From contig CM075991.1 of assembly GCA_038087875.1 (NCBI GenBank), forward strand, positions 3,782,001 through 3,846,000: a stretch of DNA of 64,000 bases, given 5' to 3'. The DNA is from Malacoraja senta (Eukaryota). Position numbers and translations under genes: made by a program. Under the pieces are notes generated by a model. It worked only from the letters and a program-made list of their open reading frames with translations. It did no database searches and was not told the DNA's origin. Below are positions 11,074 to 22,489 of this stretch, piece after piece. The first letter of the stretch is position 1. Each line of letters opens with the position of its first letter.

Positions 11074-14000
11074 TAGTGGGCCTTTACATTCACCGTTGCA
11101 ACATTAAACTTAAATGGGAGTAGAGCGAGTTTTCGTAGATTTCAGCTTTTATCAGTCCTTAAAGAGGGGAGATTTGCAGTGTGTTTTTTGCAGGAGACGC
11201 ACACAGTTGTTAGTGATGAACCTACCTGGAGACTGGAGTGGGAAGGGGGGGTTTACATGAGCCATCTCAGCTCGAATTCGAGTGGGGTGGCCTTTCTGTT
11301 GGCCCAGAATTTCCTGCCAACGATTTTAAAAGTGAATGAAGTTGTGCCTGGACGTTTGCTCCATCTGCCAGTGAGCTTGGATGGCATACCGTTGCATTTC
11401 ATTAACGTGTATGCCTCTAGCTCCGGTACGATGCAGGCTGGCCTAATTCAGGAGGTGACTGATCTGTTGAGCACTATTGATAGGGGAGAGTGTGTTTTCC
11501 TTGGTGGGGACTTTAATTGCACACTTGAGGCGCGAGATCGTTCTGGTACTCAGTGTGCCCCTGCTGTTGCAAAGAAGTTGAGAGGGATGATTGAATCCTT
11601 TGAGTTGGTTGATACATGGCGGAACCTCCATCCGGATTCCAATGCTTTTTCGCGGAGGTATGAGGGTGGTTCCCGTATTGACAGAATATATATTTCCCGA
11701 GCGTTTGTTGCCCGTGTCGCAGAGGCTTCAATGCGGGTGGTGCCATGTTCGGATCACTGTTTGGTGCGTGTGGACTTCAATCCGGCGCGCGCTAGGGCTG
11801 GGTCCGCGTACTGGCACTTTAACAACGGTTGCTGGAGGATCGGTGTTTCCGGGAGTCATTTAGTAGGTTTTGGGGAAGTGGAGAGAGGGGCGGAGGTGCT
11901 TCTCTTCCCTTAGGCAGTGGTGGGATGTGGGGAAGGCTCACATTCGTCTATTTTGTAAGGAGTATACGTGGGGGTCGACCGGACAGAGGGACTCAGCGGT
12001 CGCGAGGCTTGAGAGGGAGCTACGGGGTGCAGAGTCTCGCCTGGGTCGGGATGGTGAGGACTCCTGTGGATGGGGAGAGTTTCAGGAGAAGAAGGAAGCC
12101 TTGAGGAATCTGCTGCTTGAGCGGTCCCGAGGCGCTTTCGTGAGGGCGCGGGTACAGATGATGCAAGATCTGGACCGAGCTTCGCCTTTCTTTTTCTCTT
12201 TGGAGAAAGGGAGGGGAGCCTGCAAGCAGCTCGTAGAGCTGCTCGCAGATGATGGATCCTCAGTCACTGATCGGAGAGGATCAGTGAGGAGGTCGGGTCC
12301 TTTTATGGGTCCCTGTTCTCCGCAGGGGGATATAACGGGGAGGCTCAGCAGGACTTGTGGGAGGGTCTACCGACTGTTGATAGGGAGGTGGCCGATCTTC
12401 TTGATGGCCCCTTATCTTTGGAGGAGTTGACTTGTGCATTGTTTCAGCTCAGGAAGGGTAAGTCACCCGGGATGGATGGGTTGACGGTAGAGTTTGTCAG
12501 AGCTTTCTGGGATATCCTGGGGGGTGATTACATGTTGGTGCTGGGGGAGAGTCTGGCGGCCGGGGCGATGCCCCTCTCGTGGCGTAGGGCAGTTGTTGTC
12601 TTGCTGCCTAAGAAGGGTGAACTCCGCTTGTTGAAGAACTGGAGGCCGGTATCTCTCCTATGTACAGAGTATAAAGTATTTGCACGGGCAATGGCAAATC
12701 GCCTGGGCCCTGTGCTGTCTCAAATGATTCATCCTGACCAGTCCTATACAGTCCCTGGCAGGTCCATTCAGGATAACATCCACCTGGTTAGGGACCTGAT
12801 TCATATAGTTCAGGGTACTGGTCAGTCAGCTGCTTTTCTGTCTCTTGATCAGGAGAAGGCTTTTGATAGGGTAGAGCATGATTACCTATTCGGGACGTTG
12901 CAAGCGTTTGGATTTGGACCGCATTTTGTGGCCCGGGTCCGGCTTCTGTACGCTGCAGCGGAGTGCCTGGTGAAGGTTAATGGTGCGTTGTTGGCTCCCT
13001 TTCAGTTTGGGAGGGGGGTCCGTCAGGGGTGCCCCATGTCGGGTCAGTTGTACTCGGTCTGTGTGGAGCCGTTCCTGTGTCTTCTTCAGAGGAGGTTGAC
13101 AGGCCTGGCCTTACCTGGGCCGGGGTTGGAGGTGGTTCTTTCAGCGTATGCAGATGATGTCCTCCTTATGTTCACTGATCCTGGTGACCTGCGGAGGATG
13201 CGTGACTGCCAGGAGATTTTCTCAGCTGCATCTTCAGCCAGGATTAACTGGAGTAAGTGTTCTGGTCTTTTAGTGGGTCAGTGGCAGGTGGATTCCCTGC
13301 CGGAGGAGATGGAAAGGTATGTGTGGAGCACCACACATCTCCTCTATCTGGGGGTTTACCTGAGTCCCACTGAGGATGCTTGGCCGGCGAACTGGCAGGA
13401 GTTGGAGACGAAGGTGGTTGCCCGGCTGGGGCGCTGGTCGGGCTTGCTTGGAGTTCTTTCTTTCCGGGGGAGGGTGATGGTCATAAATCAGCTGGTGGCC
13501 TCTATGTTATGGTACCGGCTGGCTACTCATGTCCCACCTTCCATATTTGTAAATGCTCTTCAGAAGAAGCTGGTAGATTTCTTCTGGGGAAATAGGAAGC
13601 ACTGGGTCTCTGCAGCGGTCCTGAGTCTCCCGTTAGAGGAGGGCGGTCAGTCCTTGGTATGCGTGCGTACCCAGGTGGCGGCTCTCCGTCTCAGGACTCT
13701 GCGGAGGTAAATGTATGTAGAGAATCCGCCCAGATGGCACGCTCTGGCCACGTATTTTTTTCGTCGTGGTCGTTGCCTAGGGGGGGTCTCGCGGCTCCCG
13801 GTGGCGGGCATAAGTAGACCCGCCCTAAGGGGTGTGCCTGTTTTGTACCGAGATGTGATCAGAGTGAGGAATTTGGTTGTTTTCAGCCAGCGTGTTGTTC
13901 TACGAGGGGAGGGGGATGATGCGGCTGCGGGTGTGGCCGGTCCTCGCCCAGTCATGGCGGGTGTCGAGGAGAGGCGAGCGTCTAGAGTGGTTCTGGCTGA

Positions 14001-14780
14001 GCTTTCAATTGCTCCGTCAGATCTGCTCATCGGGCCAAGGCTCCGGGATATATCTCGGGAACCGGCTCCACACAACCTGAGCCGCCTTTCTGAGATGATC
14101 AGCATACCGTTTCGTGATGCGAAGAGACGCACATTGTATAGGATGTTCCTGCACATTCTGCACCTCCTTGCCTTTGTTTCCCGTCCTGACACACCTTGGC
14201 GGACGGTGTTACCACCTGATGGTGGGGGGGGGGGTCCCTGGTGGGGGTCCTTCTTACGGGAGTTGTCCCCCTTTACATTGGGGACCTGGGGTGGAGACTG
14301 TTGCATGGAGCGGTGGTTTGTAATAAACTTTTGAGTCGGTTCACGGGTTTGTCCGCCGCGTGTATTTTCTGTGGCAAGGAAGAAACCGTGTTCCACGTAT
14401 ACATGGAGTGTGAGAGGTTACTGCCCCTGTACCAATATCTGAAGGGGTTGTTCCTTAAGTTCTGGTTGCATTTTAGTCCCACGATTCTAGTGTGTGGGCA
14501 TAAGGTAGGGTGTGGGGAGAGCCAAGTGGGGGGCTGGGACCTCCCTGTCGGTTTGCTCCTGGGCCTGGTTAAGATGGCCATTCGTGGGTCCAGGCAGCGG
14601 GCGGTCGATGGTGAGGCGAGAGTTGGCTGCCTGCCCCTCTTCCGGGCGTACGTCCGTGCACGGGTGTCCCTGGAGCAGGAATATGCGGTGTCCACGGGGA
14701 CTCTGGAGGCCTTCCGTGGGCGATGGTCACCACGTGGGGTGGAGAGTATAATAAATAATGAATATACTGTTGTACTATAA
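11074..14780 (+). pseudogene. Tx1 ORF2 (APE endonuclease, reverse transcriptase, C-terminal zinc finger), disrupted
   Basis: TLNLNG, FLQETH, GGDFN, SRIDRIY, SDH (APE); KSPGMDG, NWRPVSLL, LDQEKAFDRV, GVRQGCP, AYADD (RT); CIFC...HVYMEC. Frameshifts near 11830, 12270-12350, 14235 and TAA at 13708-13710. Confidence 0.9.
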
Positions 14781-14911
14781 TGATGTGGTTTGATATAATG
14801 TATCTTTTGATTATGTATTGATGTGATGTATCATTGAGTGTGTTGAATAAAGTTTTTGAAAAGTAAAAAAATAAATAAAAAAACATATAATAATAATAAA
14901 AATTAAAAAAA

Positions 14912-14916
14912 AGAGA

Positions 14917-14955
<39 letters not shown>
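14912..14955 (+). repeat. (GA)n microsatellite at the Tx1 3' junction
   Basis: Direct reading. Confidence 0.95.
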
Positions 14956-14958
<3 letters not shown>

Positions 14959-15245
14959 GACCATGAATTAATTCTCTTTTATCCTCCCCTAATATTAGGG
15001 TTGGACCTAATATTACTCTCCACCTGCACGCTCAGGGCAAGTTGCAGCGTCAGTTAACCTCCTGACACGCAATTATATGGGGTATGGGAGGAAATTAGAG
15101 CATCCATAAAAATAACCACGCAGTCACAGGGAGAACATGGAAACTCCACAGTCTGGACCTGAGGTCAGGATCCAACCCGCTTTCCTAGCGCAGCGAGGCA
15201 GATCTTTCCAATTGTTTATCATTGGTTCCTTGATCTGTTCCCTAG

Positions 15246-15375
15246 GTATTCCATGCCATCTGGTTACTCGAGCGATTGTATGTTAACTTTCGATATTACG
15301 ACTTGTTCGTTTCATGCCAAAAGGAAGGACGACCCGTCTGCCGAGTGTCAAGTGGATATACTTGTTGGGAAATGA
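15246..15375 (+). CDS. MSMB: Orphan last exon (exon 4) of MSMB-like gene X; exons 1-3 presumably in the gap
   Basis: tag|g YSMPSGYSSDCMLTFDITTCSFHAKRKDDPSAECQVDILVGK*; paralogous to 7262-7391; AATAAA at 15471-15476. Confidence 0.82.
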
Positions 15376-15636
15376 GCTGGAATAAACTGACAACTCCCTT
15401 CCAATGTGGAGTCATACATCAACGAGCCTTGACTCTTGCATGGAATGTAATGTAATGACTCTTGCATCACAATAAACAAATACCAAACATGTTCTGCCGT
15501 CGTCTTCTGACCCATCATTCAATACGAAAGGGGCGTGAGGTGGAGGAGGCTCTGGGAACTTGAGTGATTGAGAACATTTAAATTGAACGAAATGTAGGTT
15601 GTAAGAGATACATCTATGAAATATGTAAATTAACCT

Positions 15637-15773
15637 TCTTCTTCTTGCGTATGGCGTGCACAGCCTAAAGTTGTAAGACAACTTGTTCTGTTTGATCTTC
15701 TGTTTGTGCACGCCAGGTTGATTGCATTTGTTGAAACAGGGTGGACCACGTGAAGGTTGCAATCTCCCACCCC
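15637..15773 (-). mobile_element. 137-bp non-autonomous retroelement with HDV-like ribozyme head and (AAG)n tail
   Basis: 11-bp TSD TAAATTAACCT (15626-15636, 15774-15784); empty paralogous site at 7635-7645; 3' GCAAGAAGAAGAA tail; internal 11-bp inverted repeat TGGCGTGCACA/TGTGCACGCCA. Confidence 0.88.
15720..15773 (-). ncRNA. Minimal (P4-less) HDV/CPEB3-like self-cleaving ribozyme motif
   Basis: GGGGUGG GA GAUUGCA ACC UUCACGU GGU CCACCCU GU UUCAA CAAA UGCAAUC: P1 7 bp with G1-U wobble, P2 7 bp, P3 3 bp, L3 UUCACGU, candidate catalytic C in J4/2. Activity untested. Confidence 0.8.
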
Positions 15774-16706
15774 TAAATTAACCTGAAAAGTAATAAATAC
15801 GAAGGCTTTGATACGTTTAGCTTGAAAATGGGGAACGAGGCCCAGCGGTTCTCCTAAACCTGTGATTGGTTCCATCCAACCCATCATTTCAATAAGAAAT
15901 GGGCTGGAGAAATAGAAGGTTCTGGGAAATGTTGTGACGCGTTTGGGAACTCGAGTGTGGGAGGAAATGTAAGTTGGAGTACGTGCAAGTAAAAATTCAA
16001 AGACTTCTAGGGAAGTGTATAAAATCATCAGACGTATAGACCTGGTGGATGCTAAGAGTCTCTTGCCCAGAGCAGGGAAATGGAGAAACAAAGGGCACAG
16101 TTTTAAGGTGAAGAGGGAAAGATATGATAGGAATCTGGGGCATAACCTTTTGACACAAATGGAGGTGGGTGCGTGGAATGAACTGCCGGAGGGGGTAGTT
16201 GAAGCACAGACTATAGCAACGTTTAAGAAGCAATTAGATGGACAATATAGGTTTAGATGGATATGGGCCAAACGCAGGTAAGTAGGACTAGTGTAGATGG
16301 GACATGTTGGTCAGGGGGGCAGTTTAGGCGTAGAGCCTGTTTTCTTGTTGGAGAGCAGTGAGACAAGTGCTCACAGTAGCATTCAAAGGCATTTGCACGG
16401 GTTCATGGAATAAAACATTTTAGACTGACATGGGTTAAACACTTGCGAGTGGGACTAAAGGAGATGGGGCATTTTGAGGCATGGTCAGATTCGGTGCTCT
16501 ATGACTATACGCTGGTTGAAAGACCGGTGAAGTGAAAGGCGGCACCAGCGGAACTCCACCTCTTTTCTGAATAAATAAAACGCAGGCAGCATCAGCCAAG
16601 GTTCAAAAGCAGGTTCTCGAGAGCGGAGAATGAAGTCTGCAGGCGGTGCCAGCGGGGCAGAGATTGTCCGCTCAGACACTGAAGAGAAGTGTCTGGTTCG
16701 GAGATC

Positions 16707-18533
16707 ATGGTATGTACGGATCAGGTTTGTGCATCCGACTGCTCTTGGTTGTTCAATAAACAACCCAACGCAGCTTTGATTCGTTGCACAGCCGCCTCCC
16801 GAGGTGACAGTGACAGGGGCAGGGTGCAATGTTAGTTACTTGACCACGACGGTCACCAAGCTCTCCATCTCTCCCTCTCTCTCTGCAGAAACACCAACTG
16901 TGCATCGCTCTGCTGCTTCTCGCTGCTCAGCGGTTGGAATCCGCCTGCTTCATTACGCCACAGCACACAAGCGGTAATCTATCGATATGAATCTCACTCT
17001 CAGATCCGGCAGTGAGATTCGGCCGACAACAGGGACTGAGCAGGACATCACTAAAGCTCGTCACACTTGGTTCCGCGGTCGGGTAGGAGTCTGACAGTAA
17101 TGGAGGTTGATGCCCAGACTAACCCTCAGTTGAGGGTGCGCTCCTCTGCCGCACTTCAGCTGAGGCACTAAACTTTGTTCACAGGTGGATTGAATGATCT
17201 CATCAGAATGAGGTACCGCTGCCCCTTTACACTGACCAGTGTTTGTCCCTCAACAGCTGTTGATGGACCTGTTCATCAGAAGCCAATCACTGGGCTGTGT
17301 GGGATCATGCCGTGCACCCAATGGAAGTCCCGCTTTCCGACAACAATGGCGACACCTCACCAGCTCTTCATTGGCCGCGAGACGGGTTTTGCCCGAAAAT
17401 GGTGAAAGTGCCCCAGGAGTTCCTCTCAAACCCGTGACTGGTCCCGGCACCCACAGCCCGGATGGGTATTGGGGATCACAGTGGGTCAGGGGTTCACACT
17501 GTAATCAAGGGGCAACTGTGAAACCTACACAATTATGGAGTGACAGACACAAAATGCTGGGGTAACTTGTCGGTTCAGGCAGCATCTCTGGAGAAAAGGA
17601 ATAGGTGACGTTTCGGGTCCAGACATTTCTTCAGACCGCACCCGCGGACCCGCAGAGTTACTCCAGCATTTTATGTCAATCTTCGGTGCAAACCAGTATC
17701 TGAAGTTTCCTCCGACACAATTATGGAGTGAGCTACTTGTATGGGCTGCTCCTTGCTTTCTAGCTCCACTTCAGAACCACCCTGTGCAGAGGAGAGTGGG
17801 TAGATCAGAGGAGGACTCGTGTCTATCAACCTTGGGCCTGGCCAACCTGGCCATTTGCGGCAGACGAGGGCTCCACACTAGCCGACTGCCCGCTTCTTCC
17901 CCGAGTTTATGTTGGCGCCAGTTTGTCCTTTGAAAAAGAACACATAGTGTCCATTGACATCCGGGAGGCGATCCAGGACGGCTGGCCGTCGCGAGGGCCC
18001 GACTGTCTCTTGAATCGTAACATAGTGATTTGACATTTGTTTGCGATCATTGACAGTCTGATATTATGGCGGTGGGTGTTTTGTTATAGTTCCATGCTTA
18101 AAGAATTCTGTAAATAGCTGAATACATTGAATTTTATTTAAACAGATGTGGATTGAGTTCTGGACATCAATTCCGCAGTTGGGCCTCTGAGATGAGTAAC
18201 AGGGCGTTGGGTGGGCTGCTGATGTCCGAACCCGGCTGAAACGGTACCGTGCAGCCAAATGCCAAGTCCGGGTCAATGCACACGCTCTTCCCAATGGTCT
18301 GAATGGCACATTTCCAGGGAGAGTTAGTAGTGAGGCAACACCACGGCCCCGCTACCCCCGAGGGTCACCACTCCCTGACGGGTCAATGACCTCCCGCTGT
18401 GTTTGTCACCAACAGCTAGGGGCGTCTGCTTTAACACACATGACGGGACGTCTCATGAATTCGGGCAACATTGGAATAGCTCCAATTGCTGGAAGTGCGT
18501 GTTTTCGCTCTTTGGTTATATTTGCTGTTACCG
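16707..18533 (+). CDS. MSMB: Beta-microseminoprotein-like gene C, exons 16707-16709, 16889-16973, 18416-18533; no exon 4 found
   Basis: MKHQLCIALLLLAAQRLES-ACFITPQHTSARGVCFNTHDGTSHEFGQHWNSSNCWKCVFSLFGYICCYR; open frame, canonical splice sites; may be a pseudogene. Confidence 0.72.
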
Positions 18534-18845
18534 GTAAGTAATCATCCCCCTTTCAGCTCACAGGATGTGATCCCGATCACGGAGCTGGCATCTCAAGGCT
18601 GAAGGGGGAGTCGGAGGGAGAGTTGGGGGGGGGGGGGTAGGGAGACAGAGATGTGATCGCAACACGATCAGGGTTGGATCTTAGAGTTGGACTTAGATAT
18701 TAGATCTCCACCTGCAAGCTCGGGGGTGGGGGGGCAGGGGGTGGGGGGCGGGGGTCGAGGGAGGAAGGGAGAGAGGGAGAGAGACATACAGAGAGAGAGA
18801 GATAGACATACAGAGAGAGGGAGCGGCATACAGAGAGGGAGGAGA

Positions 18846-18991
18846 GGGAGAGTGTTGCACAGAGCCGTGGTGCGTAATGAACTTTTGAGTCGGTTCACGG
18901 ACTCGCGCCGCCTGTAATATCTGCGGCGACAAAGAGACCGTGTTCCACGTGTATATGGAGTGTGAGAGGTTGCTGCCCCTGTCCGAATATA
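18846..18991 (+). mobile_element. Short Tx1 ORF2 fragment (zinc-finger region) after a GA-rich tract in gene C intron 3
   Basis: Aligns by eye with 14293-14438 (e.g. AACTTTTGAGTCGGTTCACGG, ACCGTGTTCCACGT, ATGGAGTGTGAGAGGTT) but is diverged from it. Confidence 0.8.
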
Positions 18992-19353
18992 TTCATTTAG
19001 ATAGTACGTCTTGGTTGAGCGCTTATCCTGGTGTAAAAGCACGTATTTTGTGTTTTTAATTGTTTCCTAGATTTTGTAACTAATATTAATGTTATCGACC
19101 CTCACTTCCAACTGAACACATTCTCAGAACTTTTACTTGCACGCCTTCCAGCTTACAATTTGTCAGACGCTCAAGTTCCCAAATGCTCCCAGTCTCCTCA
19201 TATTCACCCCCCATTTCTTATTAAAATGACGACAGAATGGGTTTGGTATATGTTTATTGCGATGCAGACATTCATTACATGCAAGAGGCAACGCTTCTGT
19301 ATCCCATTGAGGAATGTCTCCACATTGGAAGGGAGCTGCCGGTTTATTGCAGC

Positions 19354-19776
19354 TCATCTCCCAACAGCTGCAAGCACTGGACACTCGACAGACGGGTCGG
19401 ACTCCAAGTGGACTCGAAACTCACAAGCCTTACGATCGAAATATATGGTACAACCACTTGCGAAACTAGTTGACTTGGAATACCTGTGGAATATATCAGG
19501 GATTCAATGATAACCAATTCGAAATGTCAAAGTCACAGAAATGATGCTTACAAAAGGATGCCACCCCCCCCCCCCCAGCTTCTTCTCTGCAGCTATCAGG
19601 TTATTAAACACAACGACCTCCAAATAAGCTCCAGACTACATTGACCTAGGGGTATTGTCCCTGTCTTTTCGCTATTATTGTCTGTATGTATGCAATAGTA
19701 ATCGGTTATGGTGGACAATCGTCAATAACGGACACTACCTCATGATCAATTGTAACAAGGGTTTATATATAGATAA

Positions 19777-19860
<84 letters not shown>

Positions 19861-21816
19861 AATCATTTTGAAAAAGGCGCAAAAGTGCTGGAGTAACTCA
19901 GCGGCTCAGACTACAACTCTTGTGCATCATACATAAGTAAGTTTGGATTTCATTTTTCTATCTGGGATATATGACAACCAGACACTCTTGAACCAGAAGG
20001 TCTCGACCCGGAACACCAGAAGGTCACGCATCCTCTCCAGAGATGGTCCCTGTCCCGCTGAGGTACTCCAGCATTGTGTGTTTCCCTTCGATTTAAACCA
20101 GCCTCTGCAGTTCTTTTCAACACGAGACATTCTTGGCTCTTCACCCTCCTGTCTACGCGACTTTTCCAATTAGTCCCAGTCGGTGACCAGGAATGGGAGC
20201 GGCCGGAGGTGCAGTCACTCTGAGGTAGGGTCCAAACCCGAAAATTCGCTTATCCATGTTCTCCAGTGATGCGGCCTGCCCCACTGAGTTCTCCAGCCCA
20301 TACGTTTAAAAAAAATAATAAACGAGCATCTGAAGTTCCATGTGTCTACATGTTAAATTTAAATGGGATAGAGTAGGATTCGAGTAAATGGGTAGTTGCT
20401 GGTCGGCATGGGCTCGGTGGATTGAAGTGCCTGTGTCCTTGCCGTGTGCCTCTATGGCTGGCTTCGACTGTACATTACTGTCCCCAATGCAGTTCCTATT
20501 TTCCTCCCTCCAACAAGACTTCTCCACCGAACCCAACCTAACACCAGTTTCAGGCCCGAGCCTGCGTATCGGGTTTAGCACAGAGATGGGGAGAGTCGGC
20601 GCTCGGGCCGTTCCGTCGACTGTGCCCATCAAGTCCCAATCCCTCACCAACCCCACACGGCTCATTGACTGACATCGGCAATACCCACCCAAGTCCATTT
20701 CAGTCGCAGAGGTCAGATCATGTGTCTGGATGGCGGAGGATTACTTACAGTTCACAGCATTCATAACCATCAGATGAACACTCGCAGTTCAGACAGTTGG
20801 AATTTTTCCAACTTTCTCCGATGTAATGAATCGTCCCATCGAATTTATCAAGGCACCTCATGAGCACCCGGGGTTTGCCTCTGGCTGTTGGTGATAAAGA
20901 CAGCGGATGGTCAGTGTCCCATCAGGGAGTGGATGACCCGAGGACATGGGATGGAGAGGGTCTCTTGAGTTCGCTCAATACCAACGCACCCATGAAATGC
21001 GCCGTTCAAACGTGTGAGAAGAGCCAGCATCCAGCCTCATGTGCACTGACCCGGACCTGGCCCTTGGCCACACGGTATCGTTTCACCCGGGTTCAACCCT
21101 CCGCCGCCCCAGTCAATCCCCCGCGGCGCCCAGCGCTCCTGGAACGCCACCATGGATGCCAGTGGGCACTGCGTGTTCTTTTTCAAGGGACAGCCGGGTG
21201 CCGTCGTAACCCCGGAAAAGGGGCAGGCAGTCGGCTCGGGTGGAGCCGACTGCCTGCCTGGCGCCGGAACCTACTAATGGCTAACTTACGCGGCACAGCA
21301 GCGCAGCGGAAGAGTTGCTACCTTACAGCACAAGGGACCAGAGTTCAACCCGGATTACGGGTGCTGTGTGTAAGGAGTTTGCACATTCTCCCTGTGACCG
21401 CGTGGGTTTTCTCCGGGCGCTCCGATTTCCTCCCACATTACAAAGACCTGCAGGTTAATTGGCTAAAGTACATTTTCCCTAGTGTCTCGGGTAGAACTCG
21501 TGTACGGGTTGGTCGTCGCGGTCTCGGTGGGCAGAACTGCCAGATCTGAGAGAGATTCACATCGATAGATTACCTCTTGTCTTCTGTCGCTGAAAGAAGC
21601 AGGCGGATTCCGACAGCTGAGCAGCGAGAAGCAGCAGAGCGATGCACAAAAGGAGTTTCTGTGGGGGCAGGGAGGGAGAGAAATAACGAGCTTGATGTTC
21701 GCCGTGGTTAAGGAACTAAGACTGCAACATGTCCTTGTCACCATCACCGCGGAAGGCGGCTGAACAGCGGACACCCAGCAACAGCCAGATGCGCAAAGCT
21801 GATCCGTACATACCAT
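19354..21816 (-). CDS. MSMB: Beta-microseminoprotein-like gene D, complete, 117 aa; exons 21816-21814, 21658-21574, 20884-20749, 19483-19354
   Basis: MKLLLCIALLLLAAQLSES-ACFFQRQKTRARGKPRVLMRCLDKFDGTIHYIGESWKNSNCLNCECSSDGYECCELYSKSTSFASGCTIYFDRKACEFRVHLESDPSVECPVLAAVGR*; all 10 canonical Cys; AATAAA at 19258-19253. Confidence 0.88.
19784..19858 (+). repeat. (GT)n microsatellite
   Basis: Direct reading. Confidence 0.97.
21290..21540 (+). mobile_element. tRNA-derived V-SINE (HE1-like) in gene D intron 2
   Basis: A/B-box-like head plus central TCTCCCTGTGACCGCGTGGGTTTTCTCCGGG...TTTCCTCCCAC domain shared by many copies in the window. Confidence 0.75.
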
Positions 21817-22489
21817 GATCTCCCAACCAGGCTGCTCCCAACCAGTGTCTGAGCGGCCAACCTCTGTCCCGCTGGCACCGTCTGCAGACTTTATTCTCCG
21901 CCTTGGAGAACCAGTCTTACAACTTTCACTAACAGAGGTGGAGTTTCTCTGGTCCCACCTTTCAACTCACTGACCTCCACAACCTCCTTATCATCCTTCG
22001 AGTCATAGAGTCATGCAGCAACGAAACTGCCCCTTAGCCCAACTAACCCATGTCTGCCGACCAACATATCCCACTCATGCTAGTCCCCGCTACATGTGTT
22101 TGGTCCATGCCACTTTCAACCTTTCCCATCCATGAGCCCGTCTAAATATATTTTAATGCCATAGCGAGACCTTCTCTCACTGCTCCCCCTTTGTGATCCA
22201 TGCTGCTACATGCTACGTTTTGTCCTGGCCCTGATATTTTCCAGTCTCCTCCATGCTCAGTCTGAAGAAGTGTCCCTGTAGAGGCAGTTTCGGTGTTGCA
22301 TGACTCTATGTCTTTAAGGATGATATGGTTGTTCACTGACATATTTCATCTTTCCCTACGTTCTGACATGCGCACTTGCTTCAAGAAGACCAGTGCCGTG
22401 TAAAAACAATATCGCGTGCCTTGACGACTGCCGTCCAATGGCCTTGCCATCACCATCATGAAACGCTTTGAGAGGCTGATTAAATCAGC

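Larger units (their letters stand above)
8328..14911 (+). mobile_element. Near full-length Tx1-clade non-LTR retrotransposon
   Basis: 5' UTR, ORF1 with CCHC knuckle, ORF2 APE-RT-zinc finger, AATAAA at ~14846, A-rich tail, (GA)n on the 3' side and GAGAG on the 5' side. Confidence 0.92.

Noticed and set aside
8805..14780. Tx1 as an intact active element or domesticated gene
   Set aside because: Several frameshifts and an in-frame TAA at 13708; some shifts fall in homopolymers and may be assembly errors, but intactness cannot be claimed.
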